NCBI GenBank assembly: GCA_051453625.1
Contig: JBOZIK010000001.1
Location: forward strand, 26,177,372-26,213,203
Origin: Welwitschia mirabilis
Lineage: Eukaryota
Direction of reading: 5' to 3'
Length of the DNA stretch: 35,832 nucleotides
This document shows positions 1-11,899 of this stretch, piece by piece. The translations under genes were made by a program, and so were the position numbers. Under the pieces are notes generated by a model. The model made no database searches and was not told the DNA's origin. It saw only the letters and a list, made by a program, of their open reading frames with translations. The first letter of the stretch is position 1; each line of letters begins with the position of its first letter.

Positions 1-638
1 TTTTATTGTGTCTCTTAATTCTTCTATTGAATCATTTTCTACTTCATTATAATTCATGGAAGATGGTTGGGATGGGTAAAAGTGATTGTATGAGGTTGAA
101 TCTCTAAGATTTTCTTCATTAGTTCTATATGAATTTTTAAAAGTAAAGGGGGAATAATAAGGTGGTTGAAAAGAGGGAGGGGCCCTATTCCTACTCTTAG
201 TATTTCTCTGTGTTTGTCTCCCTTTTTCTACGAAAAGCTCTCTAAGTGTTTTCTTACCATCCTCTTTAGATTCTTTTCTCATTTTCTCAGCAAGAAGTTC
301 CCCAACTATTTTATTACTATTATCCTCAGGTTTTTTTTTACACTTTCCAAGATTTTTTTTATGGGTGATTTTATCACTATTCATTTTTTATAAGAATGGA
401 AGGAAGAGAATCTTTAGTTTAAGATGAAGATAGGTGCTTAAAGATGATTGATTTTTTTAAAAATAAAATGATCTTAGAAAAATAATGTGTGCATTTAGAG
501 TTTGTGTTCCTGTCCTTCTTAAATACTTTCTTTTGTTAGTAGCCCTTTTTTTCCTCTAATAAACCTTTTTCTAGACCGACAATGTCACAATACCTGAAAA
601 CAGAAAATAACAGAAAACAAATACAAAAAAAAACATTG

Positions 639-1660
639 TTGTCCTATCTGTCATGGGGACGACAGAGGGGACGATACTCACAAAAAACTAGAAAACAGAA
701 ATAGAAACATAAATGAAAATAGAAGGCAGAAAACACAGGAAAACAAACTATTGTCCAACTGGTCGTCCAGACGTCACAGGAGACGATAGAGAGTTATTCT
801 ATTTTAGAAAAATCAAAGATTAGAAAATTAAACCAAAAATAAAAAAGCACACTCTCGTCCTTCCTGTCATGGGGATGACAGAGGGGACGACCACTCTTTT
901 TCTATAGAAAATTGAAATAGAAANNNNNNNNNNNNNNNNNNNNNNNNNNNNNNNNNNNNNNNNNNNNNNNNNNNNNNNNNNNNNNNNNNNNNNNNNNNNN
1001 NNNNNNNNNNNNNNNNNNNNNNNNNNNNNNNNNNNNNNNNNNNNNNNNNNNNNNNNNNNNNNNNNNNNNNNNNNNNNNNNNNNNNNNNNNNNNNNNNNNN
1101 NNNNNNNNNNNNNNNNNNNNNNNNNNNNNNNNNNNNNNNNNNNNNNNNNNNNNNNNNNNNNNNNNNNNNNNNNNNNNNNNNNNNNNNNNNNNNNNNNNNN
1201 NNNNNNNNNNNNNNNNNNNNNNNNNNNNNNNNNNNNNNNNNNNNNNNNNNNNNNNNNNNNNNNNNNNNNNNNNNNNNNNNNNNNNNNNNNNNNNNNNNNN
1301 NNNNNNNNNNNNNNNNNNNNNNNNNNNNNNNNNNNNNNNNNNNNNNNNNNNNNNNNNNNNNNNNNNNNNNNNNNNNNNNNNNNNNNNNNNNNNNNNNNNN
1401 NNNNNNNNNNNNNNNNNNNNNNNNNNNNNNNNNNNNNNNNNNNNNNNNNNNNNNNNNNNNNNNNNNNNNNNNNNNNNNNNNNNNNNNNNNNNNNNNNNNN
1501 NNNNNNNNNNNNNNNNNNNNNNNNNNNNNNNNNNNNNNNNNNNNNCGTCCGAACAACAAGGGGGACGACAGCATATTATAAAATATTCTCAAAATGATGA
1601 CTCAGTAATCCACATCAGCAATCTTCATCCTGCCTATCATGGGGATGATGAAGGGGACAA
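639..1660. repeat. Array of 36-bp imperfect hairpins (TCGTCCNNNCTGTCRT-loop-AYGACAGAGGGGACGA) with A-rich spacers, interrupted by an assembly gap
   Basis: Copies at 639-674, 751-786 (diverged), 855-890, 1546-1568 (partial, abuts gap) and 1625-1660. Spacing is about 105-110 bp left of the gap. The 855-890 copy reads tcgtccttcctgtcat-gggg-atgacagaggggacga. Confidence 0.8.
924..1545. other. Assembly gap (622 N). Other gaps at 19978-20077, 28134-28143, 29156-29255 and 30922-30940
   Basis: Runs of N in the sequence. Confidence 1.
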
Positions 1661-1799
1661 CAGTCTTGTTTTGTCATTTCCTTGAAGAGAACTTAGCATT
1701 TTTGTTATTAATCCTTCTTCAAAGATCTGTGAATCAGAAAGTGCCTTTAATACATTAAATTTGGATAAGAATCACACTTTTTCGAGATTTCCTCTTGTA

Positions 1800-3350
1800 T
1801 CTCAAATTCGTAGAATTGCACCTAAACCTATATAAAAGTCCTGTAAAATAACTCATAAAACCCCATCAAATAATCTTAAATTGGCAGTGCAACAATAATA
1901 TAGTTCAAAAATTGAGGAATACCTGCTTAGGATCAAGAGAGGAGGAATGATAAAGTTGGCATCTTGTAACTCTTGTTTTACTTTCTCTAACTCAATAGTT
2001 AGTTTACCGATCTCAGATTTAAGAGAAAAATTTTTATTTGTTAGCATCCAATAAGAGTTATTTTCTTGTTTGTAGACCAACTCACAGTTGTGAAGCATCA
2101 TTTTCATTTTAGTACATCATATTTAAATATTAATAAATCATTTTGACAGTAATTCATAACTTTCTTAGAGTGTGATTTCACGTTTTTCATCACTTAAGTC
2201 ATTAAGGTCATTAAGATTTTGGAAGTCCACGTCTTCTGTTTCCTGGGTGATTACCATTGAGGGATATGTACTACTCTTTTCAGCTAAGAATCCTTACTTT
2301 GTAACCTCATCTTTATCATCCTAGCCAATGTAGAGGATCTTTGTCTTCTTTCTATATCATTTATTTTGTATTTTTTCCTGTATTCTATTAGCATTTGGGT
2401 AATCTGAGGCAAGGTGGCTTATACTACCATAATTCCAATGTTCTATATCTAAGAAATCATTTTTATAATACTAAATGTTCTTACCTTTACTGTTACCTTT
2501 AACCTATGGGTCTTGTGATCTTTATTGGTCTCCTCTTCCCTTGTTTCTTTTGGATAATACATGTTTTACTCTTTTTAAGATTAGCGTAAGATCATCTTCA
2601 TCATTATTATTTGACTTGTTATTTGATGCAGCTATAGGTCTTGCCTTATTGTGATGTCTCGATGTCTCATTTACTTTAAGTACTATTGGCGTTTCTTTCT
2701 ACTGACTCCATCTTTAATTAGATTTATTTTGTATGTTGTTAAGGTTCTCTGTAATTTTCAAACTTCATTGTGGCAAAGTTTTTTGACTCCTCCATGGTGA
2801 TGGATCTTTAGTCTGTAGACTGACATGAGTGAACTGACAACTTTTTGAATCACCTTCTCTTCTTATAGATCTCAACTAATTCCATAGATTTCATTTAGAA
2901 TGTTGATTACTATAATGAAATATTCATGTATTCTTTTACCTTCATTCATTTTGAGATTTTCAAACTAATTTTTCAGCACCAACAACTTGGATTGATTGAT
3001 TACTAATATTCCTTCATAAGTACCTTTAAAAATATCCCAAGTTTCAGCACCAACCTTGTTGAATTCTTACTTCTAAGAGAGAATAATATAAGGTATATTT
3101 ATCATCAGCATCAAACATTTGTGTCTTTTTCTTTTCATTTGTTTAGGTTTCTCTATCCTTTGGCTTAGTAACACATATACCTACAATTGTAATTCTCTTA
3201 ATTGGCATTGCATATATATATGTCTATCAGGCTTTAAAATTAAGAGGTTATACATATACCTGCTTTATCATCTTTCAATAGGCTTAGTTTGTCTTATTGA
3301 AGAGTAGAGTTCAAGTGGTTGAGGCCTCCTCCATTACAGTTCACTTAAGG
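1800..3350 (-). pseudogene. gag: Degenerate Ty1/Copia (Sirevirus-like) gag: UBN2-type domain, zinc knuckle, coiled-coil tail
   Basis: Minus-strand translation gives ETWDIFKGTYEG (3045-3010) and FENLKMNEG (2964-2938). A decayed CCHC knuckle EHWNYGSISHLASDYPN lies at about 2443-2393. The coiled-coil ORF 1853-2107 is followed by a GLG motif at about 1820. Many stops and frameshifts. Confidence 0.85.
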
Positions 3351-3376
3351 TTGTTACATCATTTCATGAGTACCAA

Positions 3377-3387
3377 TTTTGATACCA
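3377..3387 (-). promoter_or_regulatory. Primer-binding site (tRNA-iMet type, decayed)
   Basis: Minus strand TGGTATCAAAA versus canonical TGGTATCAGAG, 2 nt from the LTR end. Confidence 0.75.
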
Positions 3388-3389
3388 CT

Positions 3390-4707
3390 TATGGATCCTT
3401 GAACTCAAAGGAGAGGGGTCAATAACTTCCTAAAACAATTACATGATAATAATGAAATTCAATAAACAAAAATAGATAACATAGAAAATAATACAATTCA
3501 AAAATAAAAACTCTTACCAAATTCTAGGGTTCCCCAACTTGGGTAGTTCAGATGATGAGGGTTGAAACTTACACATCTTTGGATTGTGTTTCTTTTGCAA
3601 AATTATGGTTTGAGACCTACCACTACTATTATAATAGACTGTAGTTTCAGCCTCACTACTAAATTTATAATCAATCAGTGGCTTTAGGCTTTCCACTGCT
3701 CTTATAATCCAATAGTGTCTCTCAGAAGAGAACACATAAAGCTTTACAGGCCATAGAGCTCACAACACAAACCTGTAGATAGGATAATATAGAATGATAA
3801 CTAGATGTAGAACTAATGTAGATTCTATAAAATAGGATTTCAGAATAATATATTTTTAGAAAAAGAAAACTACAATGAAGATGTGAAAGATGGTTCAAAA
3901 ATTGAGAAATCATTAATTAAGATAAAGAATAAAAAAACATAAAGACATTACATATTAGATTTTTACAACCTAGCTATGGTAGGGTATCTTCTTGAAGAAT
4001 GATAAAAAAATTGATTTCCTATTCCTTTGCAGGGACTCCTTTAAATATGATGTAGCATTCAAAGTGTGTAATTAAGTCTTTGAAAAAAATATGTTAATTT
4101 TTTCTAAAACTATTTTCAAAGCTGTATGATAATATTTGTGTTTTATTGCTTATAATGCTAGTTGACCTTCATTCATTCATGTTCCTTACTATTAATCTTT
4201 TAACTTGTCCTATTTATAGATTCTTCTTTAATGTCTTGGGCAGAATCCAGAATGGCTAGGTTATGTATGAAAACCAGCTTAAGCGTCACTCAGATGATTA
4301 GGTTTAGGGCTTGCAACATCTATTTTATTTTCCATTATAATGCAATGTAAATGTCTTCAAAAGTTGTAGATGTTTTTTTAAGCATCATAGGCCTCTTCTA
4401 CAATTATAGATGTCTTTAATTTGATTTAGGACTTGGTTCTTTTTAGTTGTGTTAGGATGTTTTCATCTACTAGTGGATGTCTTTTATCAGGTTCTTACAA
4501 TTAAGCCAAGAGGTCATCAACCTATGTAGACATCTTCAAGGTATGCAAATGTCTTCATGTTTCATATATGTATTTAAGTGTTGTAGATATATTCTAACCT
4601 TGTAGAGGTATTCTATCCACTTAAATGATTCTTCATTATCTCTTCTTCTTACACATATACAACACCAAATTCAACAACTTTGGCTCATCAAAACAAATGG
4701 ATCAACA
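3390..4707 (-). mobile_element. 5' LTR (about 1.3 kb) of the Sirevirus-like Copia element
   Basis: The minus strand starts TGTTGATCCATTTGTTTTGATGA. Termini are near-inverted (tatggatc...gatcaaca). A C-rich TATTGACCCCTCTC motif sits about 20-35 nt from the 3' end, like the ATTCACCCCCCTCT of Sirevirus LTRs. It abuts the PBS. The partner LTR is not in the window. Confidence 0.7.
4347..4613. repeat. 19-bp-period array of decayed GTAGACGTCTTC motifs inside the LTR
   Basis: Copies at 4347, 4366, 4387, 4406, about 4453, 4473, 4526, 4545, 4564, 4583 and 4602 (e.g. gtagacatcttc, gtggatgtcttt, gtaaatgtcttc). Confidence 0.75.
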
Positions 4708-4799
4708 ATTCCAGTGATGTGTGAATGAAGTTTTTAAAACCATTTTAAATCCTATAAAACATGCGAGTTCTAGGAAGAGAAATAGCATGTAGGTAAATA

Positions 4800-5320
4800 A
4801 CCTAATTGAGATAATGAATAATTTTCCAAAAAGGATAACATGTAGGATAAACCTATTGGAACTTGAGCTAAAAATATCACTAGTAACATCTAAAAAAAAT
4901 GCTTAAAAGACTAGTTGATCACCAAAACAAAGCCTTTATTAAAAGAACTATTAAAAACCAATTCTCCATATTTTTTTCCGAGAGAGTAGAAATATCCTAG
5001 GCTATATAAGCAAATCCATGGTGAGAGTCTTTACTAGAGAATAAGAATTGTTTAAAATGAATTTTAAGCCTTTGATAAGTACGAAAATTTGGATCCCAAT
5101 AATGAGAATAATAAACATAGATGAAAGAAATAATATATTATCAAACCAAATACTACCTCGTAAGAGAGAGACTTTTAGATTTTCCTTTAGTAATATTACC
5201 ATTTATATGTGGAAAAGATATTCTTTATTGAACAATGTAAATTCCATATGTATCTAGTAAGGAATAATATATTGATATTGTATCATATTTTCATGATAGT
5301 TTAATGATATACAATCCTCT
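4800..5320 (+). pseudogene. L1-type LINE reverse-transcriptase remnant
   Basis: DKPIG (about 4846; cf. DYRPI), LVDHQNKAFIKRTI (about 4911; cf. QSAFIKGR.I) and FKMNF/KAFDK across a frameshift (about 5051-5080; cf. KLDFEKAFD), in the expected order. Confidence 0.5.
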
Positions 5321-5603
5321 TTTAGCATAATTTTATTAACTATAAAACTATATAAATGTAATCACTTTAAGTTTATTATGTTGAAGATAAAAAATATTGT
5401 TTAGATTTTAAGTTAATGTAGCATTTTAATAAGTTTAATTTGTACTTTGATAAAGATGACCTTGTTTTGTGTAGTGATGTGTTAAATCTTACATATACAA
5501 ACTTGACCTTAAAGGTTTATTTATTTAAACTAGAATTTGGTGTAACTTTCTTGTTATGAAGATATTTCTTACACTTTAAGCTTGATTCCCAACATTGCAT
5601 TGA

Positions 5604-6200
5604 AGATGTAGTATTTCAAAACAATTCTATCTAGATGTTACTTCCTATGTTAGAGTAATTCTCAAGTACTAGAAAATTTATGACCCATGTAAATCTTGAA
5701 TGTCATACAAATGCATGATTCATGTATTATAGATAATCCTTAACATGTTTATTAAAAAGTAGCTTTTCTAGTAAGATATTTAAGACACTACATAACAATG
5801 TTAGAAATGCTATATCAAGTGTCTACTACATGACTTTGTAGCAACTTTCTTTTGGCTACATCAAATGGTATCAGAGTTAGAAATGACCCTATGGAAGAAA
5901 GCCAAGTGAGGAAGATCTACTTATCAAAGGAGAAAAGGATTCTTAAAGAAAAGGAAACTTTTGTGGCTTAGAGAGATGGTAGAGAGATAGGCCATAAAAG
6001 CACAAAGTTTGCCTTATATCTGCTGGCATAGAGATCATGGAAGGTAGACTAGCAAAGAGGGATATAATGTGAGGTGAAGGATTTAGTGATTTGTAAGAAG
6101 AGCTTGCCTTCATGCATACAATTGCATTGTTAGTGTGGTGTAACTCCTTTTTGCTCGAGGATGATCGTATTTTCAAGAGAGGACATTTAACATAGGGCTA
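5604..6200 (+). mobile_element. Short LTR + PBS + about 300-bp non-coding interior + PPT-like tract (TRIM-like candidate)
   Basis: The LTR-like segment runs agatgtag(5604)...ctacatca(5863). An exact PBS TGGTATCAGAG is at 5866-5876. CTCGAGGATGA...AAGAGAGGA at about 6154-6183 resembles a pre-LTR motif. A matching second LTR is not clearly recognisable. Confidence 0.45.
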
Positions 6201-6929
6201 TTCATTTTAGATGTTTTCTCGAAATTGGTAGAGGATATAGAAGTTGTAGGATCTCAAATAAAATGTTATAAAGGATGTAGACTCCTTTTGTTGAAAATCC
6301 ACCTTATTATATAGAAAGGAGGTAAAGGGAAGTCTAGGGGATCTCTAAAAATTATAGAGAGATGTCAAAGTTCATTGAATTTAGGGTTTGATTACTTGTT
6401 TATGAAGAAAGGTTATGTATAAATTAAAATAAAAGGTTAATGGAAAGGCATTGCCTACTCGTTTACCCTAGTTTGGCAAGGGATTAGGAACCAATTTGCA
6501 TTTCTTATATTTTATTTTAATGGCTTTCGATATTTGGATTTAATAATCCCTTAATTATGTCTCTTTATTATGTTGCTCTCTATGTGACTCTATAGGAACT
6601 TTTCTTTTAGCTTTCATGATTTTCATGCCAACAAATACAAGGGGAACTTTGTGCCTTCATGGCCTCCCTCTCTGCCATTTTGCATGTTGCTATATTATTA
6701 CATTAGTACTTCATTAATGTATCTTAGTTTTTAATTAATATTTAATTATCTCACTTTCTTTCTTTGACTTTCCTAAACTTATGAGATAAGATGATGTATG
6801 CTTCTCTTTATTATTCTTATTACATTCATTTTTATTTGACAAAAGGAAACTTTGTTCTTCTTCTTCATCAATAAGAATGAAATATACTTTATTTATTACA
6901 TTTACATTTGTATTTTTTATGTTAGGTAT

Positions 6930-7130
6930 TTTCATGGAATTATATATTTAACATAATTAAGATATAGTTTGAACCACGGATTTTAGAATAATATCATGCA
7001 ATTTTAACCATGGAATTACATACTGTATATTCTGTCGGATAGATATTGTGATGAATTCTATAGCATGTGATGAATTTTTAACAATAAATTCTATGATACT
7101 ATTATTTGGAACACTAAAGTCTGTGATGTT
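6930..7130. repeat. Cluster of short decayed CAYGGAATT / GAYGAATTC motifs, possibly CACTA-type subterminal repeats
   Basis: catggaatt 6934, ccacggattt 6974, ccatggaatt 7008, tctgtcgga 7032, gtgatgaatt 7048 and 7068, gtctgtgatg 7120. No terminal inverted repeat seen. Confidence 0.3.
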
Positions 7131-7559
7131 TATCAGTTATATGAATTAATTAATTTTGTAAAATGTAAAATAAATTAACTATCTTTTATCATTATTTATG
7201 ATCATTGATTAATTTAAGAACATGATTATTATGTAATTTATAAAATTTGTAATTTTTTATTCTTACTCATTTCAATTCATTCACATTAAGTGTTTCTTAT
7301 ATTTTTTGAAGATAAGTGAACTGAGTGAGTAAGAGATAATAATTCATATAGTGTTTTCTAAATTCATTTTTTTAAACTATTACTTTACATTTTCTTTTTA
7401 GTTGGATTTCAAACCTAAATCCTTATATGGTATTATATTTTTTTCCACTAAAGATCTTATTAGATACATCCTTACTCTTGGAATCTCTTTGAGAAGTTTA
7501 CTTATTTTTCTTTTAAATTAGAGGATAACTTACAATATAATTACACAAATCTTAAACAA

Positions 7560-9620
7560 GATGGTACTAAGAAATGCCATTGTCAATAATAACAAAAATA
7601 ATGCTTAAGATTATGAATCAATTCCTATCAAAAGTGCTGACTTTTCCAAATCATAAATTTCTAAAATTCACATTTTGAAAGAAGTAAAGAACTACCTAAC
7701 ATGAAAGGACATTATTGTATTGGTACTTTATCCTTACATTATATATAAGGTGTTGAAAAGAAAGCCCATAGAAGAAGAATTTTTTCTTAACACTTAAGCC
7801 AAGGTCATGATCCTTCTATTAGAGGCACCAATTCTATTTTCCATGATAAGAGATATGCCATTTGCAAAGGCTATTTTAAGAAAAATGTAAAGAAACTATA
7901 TGAAAAAAACCAATTAGATTACCTTATGAATGAAGTTAGAAAATCCAATAATATGAAAATAGATAAAGATAAATCATAGAGAATGTGGTTGATAAGTTTA
8001 TGATATAGGCATGTCTAGGTTTAAAATTAAAGACCTTCCAACTTCCTAAAAAGATATCTTAAGATGCTAACTATTTAGAATAGGATGTCCAATCCTTTGA
8101 GTAGTTATATGCTATGTTGAAAATGGAAGAACAAACTCATATGAAAGATAGCGAGAAGCATAATTATATCATACGATGCATTAGTTTCTTGAAATATTCG
8201 AGAAATAAAATTTATCCCAGAAAATATGGGTAATTTGTGTTAGATGTTTCTTACGTAAGAAGAAAGGCTATGTAATTAAAAAATGCTCATATAATCTAAA
8301 TAATACAAAATAAGTAAGAAAAAGAATGCTTTTGAGAAGAAACACATAGAGTCAAGAGCAACTTAAGAAACATAAGACAAAAGAAACTCAATAAAAGAAT
8401 AAAACTCAAGATAATGTTATCTATGTTAATGATAGTTATATTAATCATGATTTACATTTGGATAAATTTCCCCTTGAAAAGGGTCTTGTAGATTATTATC
8501 ATTATGATAATAATAAAGATTTAGCTTCATACTATATTTATTTTGATCATTTAAAACATCTAATTGATTGGAAATTCTTTGGAACCTTAAAACCAATAAA
8601 TTATGGTTCTACTTTTATTGTTATAAGATGAAGATATTCTTATGAAGCTATTAATAAAATTAATATCAAAAGAAATAACAATCATGTAGAAATTCATGAT
8701 GTATAATATTCTTCAAATATAAAACAAAATTTACTTTCTATCAATAAATTAATAAATTCTAGTTATAAAATAATAATGAAACACGAAAAAGATAAATCTT
8801 GATGTAAAATTTTCAATCAAGATAAAATGAATTTTTCACTGTACTCTAAATGTTAGAAAATGTGAGGATAACTATTTCATATCAATAAATTTGATCTCAA
8901 CCCTTAACATTAGAGATTGAATCATTTTAATGTTAGATATCTATTCCAAATATTACATTAAGAAGATAATAATTTCTATCCACTTATTATAGATAAATTA
9001 CAAAGATGATATGGGTGCATATATTATATAACATAAAATGAAAAAATAAAACACTAAAAAGTTTTATGAGATTCTATAAGCTAGTTCAAAATAAAAAAAA
9101 GATGAAAATGACAAACCTATAAATTAATAATGGTGGAGAATATGGCTTCAAAGTATTTATTGAAATTCTTATAAGTAAAGAAACTAAAAGGTAATATAAA
9201 CCTATATTTACATTTTCAAATGGAACAGTAGAAAAAATAATAGAATTTTGTGTGAAAATGATTAGATACATGTTACGACATGTAAAAATAAAAGAAAAAT
9301 AGTGGAAAGAGACTATTATGACCTCTACTCACATAATTAATGGAATATTCACAAGAGTCTTAAAATTTAATTTATCATTAATTTGTCAATAAAAGCATAA
9401 GATAACTTAAAACAAAAATTTAACCACTTGTTATAGCTTATTTTTGACAATTATAATAAGAGGACAATCTGAGAATAGGATAATGTAAGAATTTTCATCT
9501 ACCATATAAACCATGAAAAAGCTTATAAGGCATTAGATCCCTTGGAAAAAAAGGATAATTATGGCTTTTATGTGACATTTAACCAAATAGGTTTCAATCT
9601 TAACACAACTAGTAAGAGCT
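7560..9620 (+). pseudogene. Ty1/Copia gag-protease-integrase remnant
   Basis: Knuckle RCFLRKKKGYVIKKC (8242-8286). VEIHDV*YSSNIKQNLLSINKL (about 8686-8751). Integrase NNGGEY (9126), SNGTVEK..NRILCEM-like (9216-9270), WKETIMTSTHIIN (about 9303) and KAYKALDP (about 9518). Confidence 0.85.
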
Positions 9621-10179
9621 TATTATACTCTAAAATTTGGTAACTTATCTTTCTTACATATATTATGTGAATACAAGAAGAAATTACATGAACCATTAAG
9701 AACTTATGTTATAAATATTTATACTATTCAAAATCATATAATCAAAATGCATATAAATAACTCCTTGCTTGAAATTCCTATTAAGTAAATATATGATTTA
9801 CTTATAAATGTTTGATAATATATATTAGACTAAATTTCCATGACAAATTTATAAGGTTAAATAGAATATAATTAAAGAAAATACTTAGAATTTCTAATTA
9901 GATAAATTATTTTAGATTTATTAAATGATGTGATATTATATTTTATTATCATAATACATACACTTTGGCTACTATTACAATAATAAATGTTATTTGAAGA
10001 ATAAAGCTGATCATTTTTGAATTGTATGTATATTTTTACATAACTCCTATTGATTTTAAAATGATCATTGTTATTATTTATGTGAAATATAAGAAATTAT
10101 TTTTTTTAATGGATGATCCAAAAAAACAAAAAAAATGCATACACATACATACATATATGTTATTTAACTAATTAATTAT

Positions 10180-10720
10180 GTTATAGAAACAAAATATATA
10201 AATAATGCAAAGAAGCAGTGTAAGAGATAGACTTGGAATCCACCATGAGTTTGAAATAATGGACTAAGAATTTATTGAAAGCCTAAGAGGCTTGATGTAA
10301 AACATAGAGAAAAGTTTAAACAATATTTTTTTATTTAGTTTATTTAATGTGGTAAATGTAAATTATAGCACATGTATTTATTCTTTCCATCTTATTTAAT
10401 GTATTTCTTAGTGCATATATATGATATTGTTAGAATTACATTGTAAATATAACTTGAATTACCTTTTAAATTTCTTAGAAAGATTAATGGCTATGAGGAT
10501 TAATTAGATATAAAGCGGGCTATTTAAAATTTACTTCAAAACATGTGTTCTTAATTTTCATTTTATCCTATTAGAGTTTTTAATATCTTAGAAAATGTTA
10601 CTAGGAGATGAATAAAATGATAATACAAAAACTCACTAAGATAGGAGAGAATGGGTAGGTTTAGGAAATGTAAGAGTTCATTTGCATTTTTCTTACATTG
10701 TAGAATATCATCAAGGGAAA
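10180..10720 (+). pseudogene. Probable Copia RT remnant belonging to the 7560-9620 element
   Basis: FLVHIYDIV at about 10405-10431 (cf. LVYVDDI), with PPGF-like and SPRAW-like traces upstream. Order fits Copia (INT then RT). Confidence 0.4.
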
Positions 10721-11899
10721 AAAAAAGAAATTTATGTAGATATTTTAAGGATAGTAAAATAGGAAAAAATAATAAAATATAATATAGAAATAATAATACC
10801 AACTTAAGAATATTCATAGTTAATAAAAAGAATAGCACTTAAAAAACAATTTACATGATAAAGTTAGGATAGCTTTAATTAGTCAATTTGTTAGGATATT
10901 TGATTTTTAAACAAAAATTATATGATTATTTACTTCCACAATGCATTCTTTATTCATTTGAATAAATAGATTTCAAAATTCATCTTTCATATAATACTTG
11001 CATCATGAGAAATAAAGTGAAATTTATAGTCCTAGGAAAATGTTAATTGAATTAACAGAATGTTAAGAAACAGATAATATATTTTTAATATTAAAATAAT
11101 GTAAGAAACTATAATAAGAATATAAATAAAGGAAACAATAATAGAAAATATTATAACATCTCTTACTCCATTAAAATAAAAATAAATTATAATAAGGAAT
11201 AAAATATTAATTTATAAAAAAAGGAAACTAACAATTTTTTTTTTTGAAAAAAGATAAGTAATAAACGAATTAGAAAATGACATATTTAAGTAACATAAAG
11301 AAAATATATTGATACATGAAAAAGATAGAAAGATAAGACAAAAACTACCTAAAGAACATATGAAAGTGACATAAAGGAGTGACCTATAGCCTAGTGTAAG
11401 AAGTATTAGACCCCAAATAATAATATCTTAGATCAAAATAAATAAAATCCTAATATTACAAAAATAATAAATAGCAATGAGATAAAGTAAGAATAAATTC
11501 AAAAAAAAGTGAAGAAAAGATGAAAACATAAGGAAATAAATGTATTCTACTAATTGAAAATTATAAGTTAATTATTTTTCTTTTATTTTATTAATGAAAC
11601 CTAGAAATAATCTGTTCATTCCTTATAAATCTAAACAAATAACTTTCCACCTTAATTGTGTATGATTTTCAAACATATATTTGTAATTTTGGAATGTATT
11701 TTTATGTGCATCCTTATCCTTGATAAGATATTGAGCTAATATCTCAAATGTGTTAAGCATGATACATAGAATTATAAGATAGAATCTTATGTTAAGAAAA
11801 TTTTTACAAGATATAAGCTCAGATTTCTTTTAAAAGAAATGATGGATCATGGTCATCACTAATATTTTATTTGAATTCATAGTATCATCTTAGAAAATA

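Noticed and set aside
867..1592. 241-aa ORF, plus the ORFs at 19923-20156 and 29016-29333
   Set aside because: These are open only because they run through N gaps or microsatellites.
4715..5863. A single 1.15-kb TGATG...CATCA (CRM-type) LTR
   Set aside because: The interval contains L1 RT motifs, and a longer terminal match (GATGTAG/CTACATC) starts at about 5604.
7421..7440. PBS for the Copia element at 7560 (tggtattata)
   Set aside because: It is a poor match, overlaps a tRNA/SINE-like pattern on the opposite strand, and no LTR could be delimited.
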